From NCBI GenBank assembly GCA_951406725.2, contig OX597819.1, positions 130,262,001 to 130,326,000 of the forward strand: 64,000 nt of DNA, read 5' to 3'. Below, one piece after another: positions 30,632 to 47,343 of this stretch. The notes beneath the pieces were generated by a model that had not been told where the DNA came from, searched no databases, and was given only the letters and a program-made list of their open reading frames with translations. The position numbers and the translations under genes are program-made. Numbering within the stretch: position 1 is the first letter of the stretch; every line of letters begins with the position of its first letter. This DNA is from Octopus vulgaris (taxonomy: Eukaryota).

Positions 30632-30830
30632 GCTCAGACATATACAAGTAAACATGCTGCATGGTTGTGTTTGTATAAATACCTACACACACGCACACAT
30701 ATATGTATATATATATATATGTATGCATATATATGTACACATACACATACATATATGTACATACAAGCATATGTATATGTGTGTATGTATATATATACAC
30801 ACACACACAGATGTATATGTTATTACATAT

Positions 30831-30882
30831 ACTTAACTGATGAGGCAACGGAAATTGCCGAAACTGACGCGTCTTTATTAAG
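30831..30882 (+). ncRNA. Type I hammerhead ribozyme motif, canonical core, weak helix I
   Basis: CTGATGA-GGCAA cggaaa TTGCC-GAAA-C tgacgc G-TC. Confidence 0.65.
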
Positions 30883-31097
30883 AATTCTCAATACGTATTG
30901 ACTATGAACAGAAATATTTATTAAACTGTTGTTTTCCTTAATGATTGGCTATGGCAGATGAGCATGTATTTTATACATTCGTATGAGTGTAGGTGTGTAT
31001 ATAAACATAATTATACAATTCGCGGATGTATATGTTACTATATACTTACATATGTGTGTGTCTGGCCGTACATACACACAATCACAAACACAAACAC

Positions 31098-31234
<137 letters not shown>

Positions 31235-31716
31235 TAAATATACTCTCACATACGTGTACATACACACACATCTTCTATGGTTTGTCTCAGTTATTAGATT
31301 GTAGCCATGCATAGCCATTGCCTTGAAGATTTTATTCAAACAATCCCAGAGATGTAAATCGAAAACTTACACCACCCGCTTCGTTGAGGAACAGCCAAGT
31401 TATGAGAACGTAACCGCACCAACACCGATTGTCGAACAGTGAAAGAGCAATAGAAAATACGCAAGCACACACACCCAGGGTCAGGCTCGTATATGCGATA
31501 AGCTTCCCTAGAATTTGCACCTTCCTCCAATTCACAAGACACTCATCGATCCGGAGCAACAGAAAGAAATACTTGCTTAATATGTAAATAAACTCATGCA
31601 AATATGCGAGTAATATAATACACTTGTTAATAAGTCTATATAAATATCTATATAATAATATGTCTGTATGTATATATATATGTGTTTGTGTGTGTGTATG
31701 TATGTATATATATATG

Positions 31717-31769
<53 letters not shown>

Positions 31770-31818
31770 ATAGATGTGTTGCGTGTATATATGAGGTATA
31801 CGTGTATATGTGTATATA

Positions 31819-31882
<64 letters not shown>

Positions 31883-31988
31883 TGCATTTATATATGCATA
31901 CACAGACAGTCATGTATATGTGTGTGTGTAAAGACAGGGCGTGAAACGGGGGAAATGCGAGAGAGATATTGCAAAGAAATAGCTAAAG

Positions 31989-32043
<55 letters not shown>

Positions 32044-32836
32044 CAGACAGATAAATGGACCTATCGTATAATAATCCTTAAGATTTACTTCAATATTTAT
32101 ATATTTTGCTTGTTTACGTTTGTTTCGATTCCAAAGAACTACCGTCCCGTAAATATGGTTTCGCTTTCAATCCCAGTTCTTTGTATAAGATTCCATGTAT
32201 ATTTCACTCTTGCTTTCCTTCCTTCTTTCTTTATTCTCCTTTCGCTTCTTCCCATCTTTTCTGTCAATTTTCCTTTATTTTTTTTGTTTAGTCATTCAAT
32301 TTATCGCATCCGTTAGTTTTTTCTTTCGTTTTTCATTTGTGAACCTATCTCCCTTTCAGTTCTATGCGTGCGTGCGTGCATGAATACTTGCGTGCGTGCG
32401 TGAGTGTGCACAGACGGTGTGTAAAAGATGGGGCAAAGATAGTGAGAAAGTGAGAGGGGGAGAGATAACGACTGTGTGTGTGTGTGTGAATGTATGACTT
32501 AATGTGTTTCCCTGAGAATGTGTACGTATGTTCTAGGGTAAAAGTCTGCCTCTGATTATGTTAGTGTGTGTGTGTGTGGTCGCGTGCGCGTACCTCTGTG
32601 TGTGTGTGTTTATGTGTGTTTGTGCGTGTGTGCGACCTGCTGCAATCGACATGTCTCATTAAATCAATCTGTTTGGCTTTATCAATCTATCTATCTATCG
32701 ATCTATCGATCTATCTATCTCTCTCTCTATCTATCTATCGATCTATCTATCTTTCTGTCTGTTTAATTGTCTGTGTGTCTGTCTTTCTGTCTGCCTCACT
32801 GTCTATCTAAAGACATTGTATATGTATCACACTGAA

Positions 32837-32891
<55 letters not shown>

Positions 32892-32895
32892 AGAT

Positions 32896-32971
<76 letters not shown>

Positions 32972-33394
32972 TTATGTGTGTGTGTGTGAGAGAGAGAGAG
33001 ACTGAGACTGCATTCACATATATATAAATAGATACAAATACAGATATATATACATACATATATATATATATACATTATAGGCTCACATATATATACATCC
33101 AGTATATATAATGAATAAAGACGCACTAAGTATTATATGTAATGTATACATACACGTCCATGTGAAATAAAATGTATGTAACGTGCACCTATATATGTAT
33201 ATACACATTATATATGTATGTATATATATATTGTACATACGTTCACATAATGTGGCAACTTATATTCATATATAAGCTCTCATGTCTTATAGACACCAAA
33301 AGATAAAGCAGAAAACCAATTAAGACATTTATACTCAAATAACTTAATGTTATAATTACAGTATTCTTAAATATAATATTCACACACACACACT

Positions 33395-33426
<32 letters not shown>

Positions 33427-33573
33427 CACGTGTCTATATGTATATTTGTATGTATACATATATATATATATATATATATATATGTTTATATATAAATATA
33501 TATATATATATACATATTTATATATAAACATATATATATATATATACACGTGTCTATATGTATATTTGTATGT

Positions 33574-33608
<35 letters not shown>

Positions 33609-34039
33609 TATATAGAAATATGTATATATATATATATTTATATATATGTATAATTATATATACATGCATACGTAAATATATGTATGTATATATATATATA
33701 TATATATTACTGTCAGGTTAGGAGAGTCCTCCCCAACTGCAAGGTTCCGGGTTCAGGTCTCCTGAATGACACCTTGAGCAAGTTTCTTTCACCTTAGCTT
33801 CGGTCCGGCCAAAGCCTTGTAGATTAATTTGGTGGAAAAAAGCTCGTCGTAAATATTTAAATGCACACACACACACACATATATGTGTGTATGTATGTGT
33901 GTGTATGTATGTGTATATATATATACTTACATACATATTTACATACACACACATATATATATATGTATGCGTGTGTGTCTGTATGTATGTATGTATGTAT
34001 GTATGTATGTATGTATGTATGTATGTATGTATGTATGTA

Positions 34040-34070
<31 letters not shown>

Positions 34071-34819
34071 ATGACTGTGTTGGTTTTTGCACCACTCTAC
34101 CGCATGGTAATAGGCTTTGATGTGTTTACGCACAAGTAACTTTGCGGTTCAACAAAACGAACTGATAGACGAAATACCACGCTTAAAGAGATAAGAATCA
34201 GGTTCGATTCTTTCAACAAAATTTCTATGGGCGATGCCCCAGCATTGCCAGAAGAGATAACGTATGTATGTATGTATGTATGTATGTATGTATGTATGTA
34301 TGTATGTATGTATGTATGTATGCATGTATGTATGTATGTATGCATGTATGTATGTAAGGATTGATAGATAGATATGTATATACGTATATATGTATATAAG
34401 AATATATTGTTATTATATTAATACATGCGTGTATGTATATGTATATATATATATATATGTATGTATGTATATATATATGTGTGTGTGTGTGTGATGTAAG
34501 ATATGCGTGTATATATATATATATATATATATATAGATAGATAGATAGCTATAGATAGATAGATAGATATAGATATATAGATATATAGGTATATGTATGT
34601 ATATAGGAATACATTATTATATTAATACATTCCTATATGTGTGTATATATATGTGTGTATATACATGTGTGTGTATATATATATATGTGAGATATATATA
34701 TACACACTCACACACATATATATTTATATGTACATACACAATATAATGAATATATATATACATATATATATATATACATATATATATATACGTCTGTCTA
34801 TGTAAATATATATAAATAC

Positions 34820-34889
<70 letters not shown>

Positions 34890-35381
34890 CTCTATGCACA
34901 CACACACACACACACACATATATATGTATATATGTATATGTATATAACTACATTTTTTTCTGTAAAGGAATAAGCATCTATTAGAATTTAATTATATGGC
35001 TTTGATGCCGAGAATGTATAATTGAATGCTCTCGAGATGCCCTTAAAATTTCAAAGGCAGCGAACAGATTAGATATATGTGAGAGAAGCGTATATATGCA
35101 TTTCATATTGAAGTCTATACAATTTACCGGCACATGATTTACGCAAGTTTATGACAGTATATATTATATGGAACTGCGTGTTTCGCAGTGAGCTGGCGAA
35201 GATAGATACTTCACAATCTGTGGAGTTTCTAAATTATTGATTCAACTTTGAAATTTTAAAAACCTAACTCAGTTTCTACGTTCGCCGCTTTACTTTTAGA
35301 TGTGTATATATAGATGTGAAACTATCTATCTATGCATTTATCTGACGAATCATATCTTTCTCAGATATGTATGTATGTAAG

Positions 35382-35459
<78 letters not shown>

Positions 35460-35522
35460 TATACTTACATATATATAAATATATATTTATAAATATATAT
35501 ATATATGCTTACATATATATAA

Positions 35523-35565
<43 letters not shown>

Positions 35566-35648
35566 CATATATAATATTAGTTTTCAAAAAACTGATTACA
35601 CTGGCGCTACACCGATGTAGCCACAACATTTAGGCTGAAATGTTTAGA

Positions 35649-35701
<53 letters not shown>

Positions 35702-36178
35702 GTATATGTATACGTCTGTATAATTGGGGTGCATGTGTAATTATATATATATGTGTGTGTGTGTGTGTACATCTATGTATAGAAATATATATATATATGC
35801 ATACATATAGATATATACATATATACACACGTACATATATTCATATATATACATATTTACTTACGTATATATATGTATATGTGCATATATTTAAAAATGT
35901 GTGTTTGTCTATGCGTGTGTGTGTGAGTGTGTGCGTGCGCGATGTGTGTGTGCTTGCGAGCTCTCACGCGTGTGTCTGTATATACATGTGTGTCTGTATA
36001 TACATGTGTGTCCGTATATACATGTGTGTCTGCGTGTGTCTATTTTTCTGTGAATATCAATGGGGCATAGGTAAGCTTTATATTTCCATATTTAGTTTTC
36101 TATTATTGTACGGATGTGCATGGATTTAGCGATGTACGGTAAAAGATATGACGATGTAGATATGATGAGAGATATAAA

Positions 36179-36211
<33 letters not shown>

Positions 36212-37077
36212 ACACACACACGCGCACATACATACAAGTCAAATATGGATATGTATATACAAGTATTGGTATTACTAAAATTTTAATACGAACGTACATA
36301 ACATCAATTATATGATTTTCTCGTATATGTGTGTAGATAGCTTTACATCGACATGTGTGTGTGTTTCTTTTTATGTTTGCTGTCCTTATGTAAGTATCAA
36401 AGATATAAATTGAGGTAGAAACACTATAGTGAGAAAGTCACAGAACTGCTGGAACTGCGTGGAACATGAAGAATAAACACTCACTGACTCACACACACAC
36501 TGCGAACACACACATACATACGCACACGCATACACACACACACACACACATGCATAGGATTACATATATTTTTTAAAAAATCAGTGTCCATATAGTAATA
36601 TAAATATATGTACATATACACATAAACAAACAGAGGTATGTAAATATACATGTATATACATGTGTTCGTATACCTACCCATAAATCTTTATCTATAGACA
36701 TGTACATGTCTATCTATCTATCTATCTATCTATCATATATATACATATATATATATACTTATATATACATATATATATGAATATATATATATATATACAC
36801 ACATATATATACACACATATATATATATACACACATATATATATACACACATATATATATATATATTATGTATATATATATAAAACATATATACACGCGG
36901 AGTAGATAAAACAAGAGACAACTGATGAAGGGAATGTTTTTTTATGTTTGTTTTCAATATTTTTGTTTTTTATGTTCTCGTTTTTCATTTGTCTACGTTT
37001 TTTTGACGTCCTGTACCCATATATGCATGTATATATGTATATATGTACCCATATTTGCATATATATATATGTATATA

Positions 37078-37152
<75 letters not shown>

Positions 37153-37526
37153 TATACACACACACACATATATGCATTTCTATTTATTTACGTATGTGTT
37201 TATTTTTACATGCATCTATGCATATTAGTGTGCAAATTAACTTATATATGTAAATATGTATGTATACAACTATATCCGTACAGCTTGCATGTTTATTTAT
37301 ATATACAAATATATGCAGGTATGCATACATATATACGAATGCTTATAGATGTATGTGTATGTAAAACAAATATTTATAGATATGTTTATATATATATACA
37401 CAAACATATATACATGTACATATACATATATAGCCTTACATATACATATATAGCCTTATATATAGTGGCATATATGCATTACCTACGTATAAACATATGT
37501 CAGTACACATAGAGTTCATTTGGTAT

Positions 37527-38008
37527 AGGCGCAGGAGTGGCTATATGGTAAAAAAAAAAACTTGCTTCCCAACCACGCGGTCCGTGTTCAATCTCACTGC
37601 GTGGCACATTTGGCAAGTGTCTTCTACTATAGTCTTGGGCCGACCAAAACCTTGTGAGTGGATTTGGTAGAGGGAAATTGAAAGAAGCCCGTCGTATATA
37701 TATATATTTATTTATTTTATTCTTTTACTTGTTTCAGTCATTTTGAGTGCAGCCATGCTACAGCACCACCTTCATATATGCAGGTAATTTTGTGTTTGTG
37801 TTTGTCCCACACACCCCAACCATCGCTTGACAACCGATGTTGGTGTGTTTACGTCTCCATAACTTAGCAGTTCGGCAAAAGAGACCGATAGAATAAGTAC
37901 CAGGCTTACAAAGAAAGATTAATAATGGGATCGATTTTTTGTCGACGAAAGGCGGTGCTCCAGTATGTCTCCAGTCAAATGACTCAATCAAATAACATAA
38001 TAAAAGAA
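37527..38008 (+). mobile_element. SINE family A containing an inverted family A tail fragment (~37715-37773)
   Basis: Head at 37527; cttttacttgtttcagtcatttt...gccatgct...gcaccacc is the reverse complement of the tail, nested in the internal microsatellite. Confidence 0.8.
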
Positions 38009-38035
38009 TATATATATAAGTATCTATGTATATTC

Positions 38036-38100
<65 letters not shown>

Positions 38101-38162
38101 CATATATACATATATATATATATATACATATATATACATATATATATATATGTATATGCGTG

Positions 38163-38220
<58 letters not shown>

Positions 38221-38807
38221 TATATATATGTATATGCGAGTATGTATACATGTAAATATATATACATATATAATTAGAGTTATATATTTACATATATTTG
38301 TATATGTGAGTATTTACATGTGTGTTAAAACGCATTGATGGATATTTCAAACAGACGTAAAAAAAAACAACTTCACAGATGATCAACGTATTCGATCTCT
38401 TAGATTTAACATACACACACACACACATATTTACACAGCATATTTATGTAACCATAACTAACTATATATGTGACAAGATGTATATTATGCGTATAAATTA
38501 ATTATCAACGTTATTCAACAGCGGGATTCGACAATTATTACGAAGATAGCTAAAGTGGTATAGATATATCACTTCATGCATACAATTATACATACATACA
38601 TACAGACACATCCACATACACACATACACATACGTATGCACAAAGATACATACATATATATGTATGTATATATATATACATATACATATATATATATATA
38701 TCTGCATGTATATATATGAATATATATGAATGTACATATATAAATATACATATATGCATATATTCATACATATATATATAAATATATGCATATATTCATA
38801 CATACAT

Positions 38808-38918
<111 letters not shown>

Positions 38919-38974
38919 TGTATATATGTATGTATTTATGTCTGTGTGTGTGTGTGTGTTTATATATGTAAGTT

Positions 38975-39185
38975 TTGGTGTCTGAGTTTGTCTTCGCACC
39001 ATCATTTGACAACTGATGTTGGTATGTTTACGTCCCGTAATCTAGCAGTTTGGCAAAAGATGCCGATAGAATAAGTACCAGGCAAACAAAGAATAAGTCC
39101 TGAGGTCGATTTCTTCGACTGAAAGACCCCTTTAAGGCAGTGCTCCAGTATGGTCGCAGTCAAATGACTGGAACAAGTAAAAAAA
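38975..39185 (+). mobile_element. SINE family A, 3' half
   Basis: ttgacaactgatgttggt...gcagtcaaatgactggaacaagtaa. Confidence 0.8.
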
Positions 39186-39188
39186 ACT

Positions 39189-39225
<37 letters not shown>

Positions 39226-39334
39226 GATAAATGAATTATCTTATAACGGATAATTCAAATGATAACCGATACCTGGGTAGCAAAAATCACAACAGAAAAA
39301 GCACGGTTGAAGTTACGACCATTTCTTCCTACAC

Positions 39335-39375
<41 letters not shown>

Positions 39376-39603
39376 CGTGACGTAACATATACACACACAC
39401 ACGCACGCGCAGTTAGATAGGTAGAGATAGTTAGACCGATAGCCTTCATAAATGCGAATACAAGGAACCGACTGTGATTCTGTCTCTTTTTATCTTCTGC
39501 AATGTGGACTTGAATCACACGGGCGGCTTTCGAATTATTCTGTCCAAAAGCATTTCCAGTCCAGTATCTCTACGGAATTTTCACACCATAATTTGTTATC
39601 GAA

Positions 39604-39666
<63 letters not shown>

Positions 39667-39783
39667 CACAGGCACAAACACACACATATATAATAAATAT
39701 ATATATATACACATACATATATGCATATATATATATACATGTATATATATGCATATATACACATACATATGCACATATATATA

Positions 39784-39823
<40 letters not shown>

Positions 39824-40019
39824 TTATAAATTAAGGTATCTACGAGATACCACCATGCTGAAAATAGCAGCCACCTCGTAGATACCCTAATTTATAATTT
39901 TAATAATTATTACCTTTGAAGGTTATTTTTTCCATGCTGGCCACTTGATAAAATCGTAATTTTATTTTAAATTAACGATCTTATACTTATTTATATAAAT
40001 TCAAATTTATTTATATATA

Positions 40020-40188
40020 TTTTTTTTTCTCTCTCCTTGTTTCTCTCCTTGTTTTTTCTGTATCCCTTTCTGTAGAAGAGCGTAGGCTCGAAACGTAAAA
40101 GACTGTTTCTATTCCTGAGCGTTATACTAATACATCTGTTTGTTTTGTACACCACCTGCCTTCGTCTTTTGTTTTTTTCGTAAACTCT

Positions 40189-40192
<4 letters not shown>
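40020..40192 (+). mobile_element. (TA)n-embedded repeat with hammerhead-like motif (40066-40101), A6U core; other copies at 26639-26823 and 7836-8040 on the minus strand
   Basis: CTTT-CTGTAGA-A-GAGC gtag GCTC-GAAA-CG-TA-AAAG; three homologous copies in window. Confidence 0.6.
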
Positions 40193-40240
<48 letters not shown>

Positions 40241-40307
40241 ACATATATATATATGTATATAAACGCATATGTATATGTGTACATACATACATATAAACGG
40301 AGGTACA

Positions 40308-40352
<45 letters not shown>

Positions 40353-40704
40353 ATATGTCCACACATACTAAAATATATTTATATTTATATTTGTATATAA
40401 GCCATATATGTATACATAAGAGAAATGGTAACTATTGGAAACATTTCGTTTGGAATATTCGCCTATGTATCGAATATGATATTTAACGTCTCGAAATCTA
40501 TCTTGCATACGATTACGATTCTATGTTGTTAGAATAATTTTTTTATAATTGGGGACAAGAAACATCCTGTTTTAAAGTTTTCTTAACGAAAAGCGGGATA
40601 TAACGTTTTTGTATGAAAACTAATGCACCAACACAAATTCACACACTGATGTTTTCCTGCGCGCACACACACGCATCTATCTCTCTCTATCTATCTATCT
40701 ATAG

Positions 40705-40828
<124 letters not shown>

Positions 40829-41258
40829 GTACATACATACATATATATATAAATACATATATATATATATATATATGGATAGATAGATATAAATACATCG
40901 ATCCATACATCATAAGTAGCTAGCTAGGTAGATATTCATAAACCTTAGGTGTATATGTCAATATTTATATATACAAACACTCAAATACACAGAAAACATA
41001 CGTTCATACACACACTCACACACACACATGCACACACAGACGTACACACACATAGTCCCTAACTAGGTATCAAGTGGCTAAATGCATCGAATGTAATTAT
41101 ATACAATTTGCATATATATTTACATATACGCATAGATATATATTGCCCGCCTTTGTATCGTCTATCAGTCTAATTTTTTTATCGTACCTTATTGCGTTTT
41201 TGTTCCATTTTATATATTTATATATACATATATATACATACATACATACATACATACA

Positions 41259-41292
<34 letters not shown>

Positions 41293-41568
41293 CTTTGATA
41301 GGTTTCGGCCATTATTGGCCCAGGCCATGTCTAACTTAATAGCATCACCTGGTGAAGTCTTTCAAGTCAGAATTTGGGCACTATGGCCCACTCAAGCAGA
41401 GAGTTATTGTTTACAGAGACATATCCGGGTGTAGGGGGTTTATCCGGGATTTCTTGAAGGAATCTGTCCAAAGACTTCTTGAACCCTATAGGGTCAGTTT
41501 CTGTTTTAATGTGTTTTGGTGTAATGTTAAAGAGAGCGGGGCCAATTGAGGTGAAATAATTGTGCCGT
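41293..41568 (-). mobile_element. 3' fragment of a second, related LINE family
   Basis: Manual minus-strand translation HNYFTSIGPALFNITPKHIKTETDPIGFKKSLDRFLQEIPDKP/(frameshift)PGYVSVNNNSLLEW is homologous to the 46.8 kb LINE; tail catggcctgggccaataatggccgaaac. Confidence 0.75.
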
Positions 41569-41811
41569 ATTATATATATATTTATATATATTATTGAAAT
41601 GGATAAATGAATTACCTTGTTACGGATTATTCAAATGATAACCGATACCTGGGTAGCAAAAATCACAACATATATATATTGTTGATATACACTTGTATAT
41701 AAAAATATTCGTTGATATGCGTATATATAATTTAGAGTCTATAGTTTGCAATAAATTCCCATACAATGCATTTACATACTTCTATATAGGCATATTAATA
41801 TACACACGTTT

Positions 41812-42200
41812 TTCTTTTATTTCTTTTCTTGTTTCAGTCATTAGACTACGGCCATGCTGGGGTACCCCATTGAAGAAATTTTAGTTTAATGAATCGACCG
41901 TATTAGTTATATTTTCTTTCAGCTTGGTACTTATTGTATCGGCGAAACCGCTATGTTACTGGGACGCAAACACACCAACACCGTTTGTCCAGTGATGCTG
42001 GGGGAAAACAAACACACACACACACACATACAGACATACAAATATATACGAATATATACTATATTATTCATTAATTATTTTATACATATATAACGGGATT
42101 CTTCTAGTTTCCGTCTACCAATTCCACTCGCAAAGTATTGGTCGGCCAGCGGCTTTAGCAGAATACACTTGCCCAAAAATGCCATGTAATGTGGTCGAAC
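41812..42200 (-). mobile_element. SINE family A, diverged
   Basis: tgtttcagtcattagactacggccatgctgg ... acacttgcccaa. Confidence 0.75.
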
Positions 42201-42223
42201 CAAAAATTAAGATCATGCCACAC

Positions 42224-42293
<70 letters not shown>

Positions 42294-42323
42294 GTGTGTG
42301 TGTATGTATGTATATATATCTGC

Positions 42324-42366
<43 letters not shown>

Positions 42367-43091
42367 TATATATCCATGTCTATATATGTATGTATGCAAA
42401 TATGACTATATCTATCTATCTTTCAATGTATATATACGCATACACACATAGAAGTATATGTATATATACACACAAACAATACACATATATATATATACCT
42501 ATATACCTACCACACATCCAAATATTGATACACCTATAAATATATAAATGTTTATGTATACATATTTCTATATATAAATAGAGGTATCTATGTATATGTA
42601 CATATGCATTTATGTGTATATATTTATATATATATTTGTATGTGTGTGTGTGTGTGTTTTGAGTGTGCCTGTGTGTGTGTCTGGGTGTGTGTATACGAAC
42701 AATAATGAATGTCTGAGTATGAACATGTTCCGATGTAGAGACTACCCGAATAGTTACATTTTTTTTCTTGTTTAGGATCATCTGGATAAATATAATCTGT
42801 CTCTCTCTCTCTCCCTCTCTCTCTCACTCTCTCTTCTCATATATAAATATACATATATAGGTACACACATATGTATATATATATAAATATATATATGTAT
42901 ATATATATAAATATACATATGTATATATAAATATTAATATATATATACATATGTATATTAATATATAAACATATATACATATATATATGTATATATGCAT
43001 ATATATACATATATATATATATTAATATATATACATATATATATGTTTATATATATATATACATACATATATATATATGTATATATATATG

Positions 43092-43136
<45 letters not shown>

Positions 43137-43192
43137 GTATATATATATTAATATATATACATACATATATATGTTTGAATATATATATACAT

Positions 43193-43313
<121 letters not shown>

Positions 43314-43491
43314 TGTATGTATGCATACACAACACTTTGCCTTCATTAGCAGTTAGATATGAACATAATCTGGCATTAAATTAAAATATTACTCAGAACG
43401 TTTTTAGAAAAGTGAAACTGAATTTCACTTCCTACACTTAATCGAATTTTCCTTTGTCAGAGATTACTTTGTAGAATTATATGTATGTACA

Positions 43492-43764
<273 letters not shown>

Positions 43765-43867
43765 CTCTAACACGACCTCTCTCTCTCTCTCTCTCCATAT
43801 ATATATGTATTTTTTTATTCAAACATATATACTTGTGGATGTGTGTACTTATGCAAGTATGCATGTA

Positions 43868-43903
<36 letters not shown>

Positions 43904-43956
43904 CGTGTGTGTGTGTGTGTATACATACACACACATGATATATATAAATATTTTAC

Positions 43957-44026
<70 letters not shown>

Positions 44027-44391
44027 GTAAAATGATCTATATGTATATATTTGCAAATAACTATATATATAAATATATATGTGCATGCATGTATGGCTGT
44101 GTGCATATACCTATATAAAGTATAGTATGGTATACTATATTAGTGACGTACACTAAAAGCGTTCCCCTCAAGAATGTAATGGCATCGCTAATATAACTAA
44201 ATATTCATGCACTATTTATGTATACCGCCAATGAATTATACACGGCTCAATGGCAAGAACGTCTTCATAAGAACATATGCACAAATATAAATACATACTT
44301 ACATGCACTCATACACACACATACACACACACACGTAGATACATGCATACATACATACATACATACATACATACATACATACATACATACA

Positions 44392-44422
<31 letters not shown>

Positions 44423-44475
44423 GTGTGTATGTAGATAAGTAATCTAGGCGTGAGCGTTCTTAAATAGAAGCAATG

Positions 44476-44532
<57 letters not shown>

Positions 44533-45057
44533 ATAAAGGCGACTGAAGAAGAGGAATTTTCCTTGTTTTGTATGTCCTGTACTCTATTTTTTCGTTGTTT
44601 AAGATAAATATCAATTTCCTTGGTTTTGTGTTTATGTTTTCGTTTCTCATTGTGTTCGAGGTTTTTTTTGGGGTGTCCTGTACCCATATATGCATGTATA
44701 TATTCATGTAGAGGTACGTACGTACATATATGTATGTATATATGCATATGTTTTATTTATTTATTAATTTTATATATATATATATGTGTGTATACTCACA
44801 CATATATCTTTAGATGTACCTAGCTGTGTATTTATATATCTATATATCATAAATATATGCGCATGGATATATGAGTATATACATATGTATATATAATATA
44901 GAAATTTATTTATATGCATACACACACTCACACACACACAAACATATGTACTTATATATATATACGTATATGAGTATACGTATACATAGTTTTTATTTAT
45001 ATATATGAATACATCTATATATATATGTGTGTGTAAATATACATGTATATCTGTATA

Positions 45058-45098
<41 letters not shown>

Positions 45099-45140
45099 TT
45101 ATGTATATATATATATGTGTATGAGTATATATATGAGTAT

Positions 45141-45183
<43 letters not shown>

Positions 45184-45244
45184 ACATATACATATATTTA
45201 TTCACATATACATATATCTATCTACCTATCTATCTATCTATCTA

Positions 45245-45291
<47 letters not shown>

Positions 45292-45341
45292 GTGTGTATG
45301 TATGTATGTATATTTATATACACATATTATTTATATGTTGT

Positions 45342-45383
<42 letters not shown>

Positions 45384-45627
45384 TGTTTATCCCGTCAGTG
45401 AAACTTGAGTGTTTAATGATTTGTATGTCTACACACACACACACACACATATATACACACACACACACACACATACTCGCATACACACATACAGGAACAC
45501 TCGCGCACATGCGCTCACGTGCACACCACGTGCAAATGTACTACTTAAATGTACACGTGTGTTTATATACTATATCGAATACATTGCCTATATGCTCACG
45601 CATATATACCTATACACACACATAAAC

Positions 45628-45680
<53 letters not shown>

Positions 45681-46436
45681 TACATATATATCTGCATTTG
45701 TTTTATTACCTTATCTATTGATTTATATAATATTTTTGTATGCTTTTGAAGTTCTCATTTTGTTAAATGAATAAATAATCCAACATTATAATATTCGTAA
45801 GTTGATGAAGAAACCATATTTGTTTTTCCATTTTCTTATTTGTATTATATATATATATATATATACATACATAAAAATATACATACATATATATTCATAC
45901 ATATGTGTGTATATGTATGTGTATGTATATATACATACATACATATATATATACACACACACATATATATATATACTTATATATATATTCAAAGAAAAGC
46001 ATATATCCTCATGTACACATTGGCGTTTGTAATGATATAGGATTCTAGATTATTCATTTGTGTGTATGTACGTGTGTGAGTGCGTGTTTGATGTATTTGC
46101 GTGTGTGTGATGTATGTGTGTGTGTGTGTGATGTGTGTGCGCGTGTGTGTGCGTGTGTATGTGTGTTTGTGTGTGGAACTGGGTCGCCAAACGGTGTCGA
46201 AGATTAGCATGCCAGATTTTTTTTAAATATCCGAATTACGTATTCGCTCAAGTATAATTGACATATTCCACAATCATTCGTACCACCACCACCCGTAGAA
46301 ACGCAAGCAAAACAGCGCCCTACGCCTCACATCCATGCACACACATACTCACACATTCACACAGCCATTCCGATATAAAGCTATATGAGCAGCCGCTAGG
46401 TGGATATTTTGTGCGTGTATGTATGTGGATAAATAC

Positions 46437-46521
<85 letters not shown>

Positions 46522-46605
46522 TGGTGCTCCACCATGGCCGCAGTCAAATGACTAACACAAAAGAATGAAAGAATATTTTTCTATATGTATAGATATATAA
46601 ATATG

Positions 46606-46661
<56 letters not shown>

Positions 46662-46835
46662 CACAAATATTTATTTGTTAAGGTATTGGCATATAATTTA
46701 GCGCCTAACATATATACATTTACATACACAATACATATATTTATATATGTATATGCATGAATTGTGTACATATATGTATATACATATATATGTATGTTGT
46801 ATGAATGACTATGCATATCGCTAAATATTAAAGTA

Positions 46836-47300
46836 TTAAAACTCTTCTCCCTGGTGCAAATGCGGGACAGATATGCAGTGATATACATCTGGAAAATCCT
46901 GGAGAGTCTTGCCCCGAATTTTGGCACTCAAAGTTATCCCAACAGCAGTCCAGGGCGCCACTGCATGGTGCCAAAGATCCCAACATCACCATCAAAATAC
47001 AGGACCAGATACTGCAACAGCTTGGGTTTCTGGGGACCACAGCTCTTCAATATCCTTCCTAAATGCCTGAGAAACCTGCATGGTGTGGATGCGGGTTTCT
47101 TTAAAACTAAACTGGATCTCTTCTTGTCAGGGGTTCAAGATGAATCTACCTCTCGGCAGGAAACACAGATGCGGCCAGCGGCATCGAACTCCCTTGTTGA
47201 TCAAGTGCCACGTATCAGAGGTAGTTTCACATACTAGTGTAGCTCGTTCAACGGTGGTGCCCCAGCATGGCCGAAGCCTTCGAGCTGAAACATTTTTAAG
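46836..47300 (+). mobile_element. 5'-truncated non-LTR retrotransposon (CR1/L2-group LINE), ORF2 C-terminus plus 3' tail
   Basis: LKLFSL..RDRYAVIYIWKIL...GPQLFNILPKCLRN...FKTKLDLFL...SNSL is a typical post-RT C-terminus; stop at 47237; tail gtgccccagcatggccgaagccttcgagctgaaac. Confidence 0.8.
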
Positions 47301-47307
47301 GATCTAA

Positions 47308-47343
<36 letters not shown>

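Noticed and set aside
36895-37020. CTGATGA-containing repeat (also CTGAAGA at ~44543 and ~48208) as hammerheads
   Set aside because: No helix II closing onto GAAA and NUH could be built by eye; they are repeat family members but not supportable ribozymes
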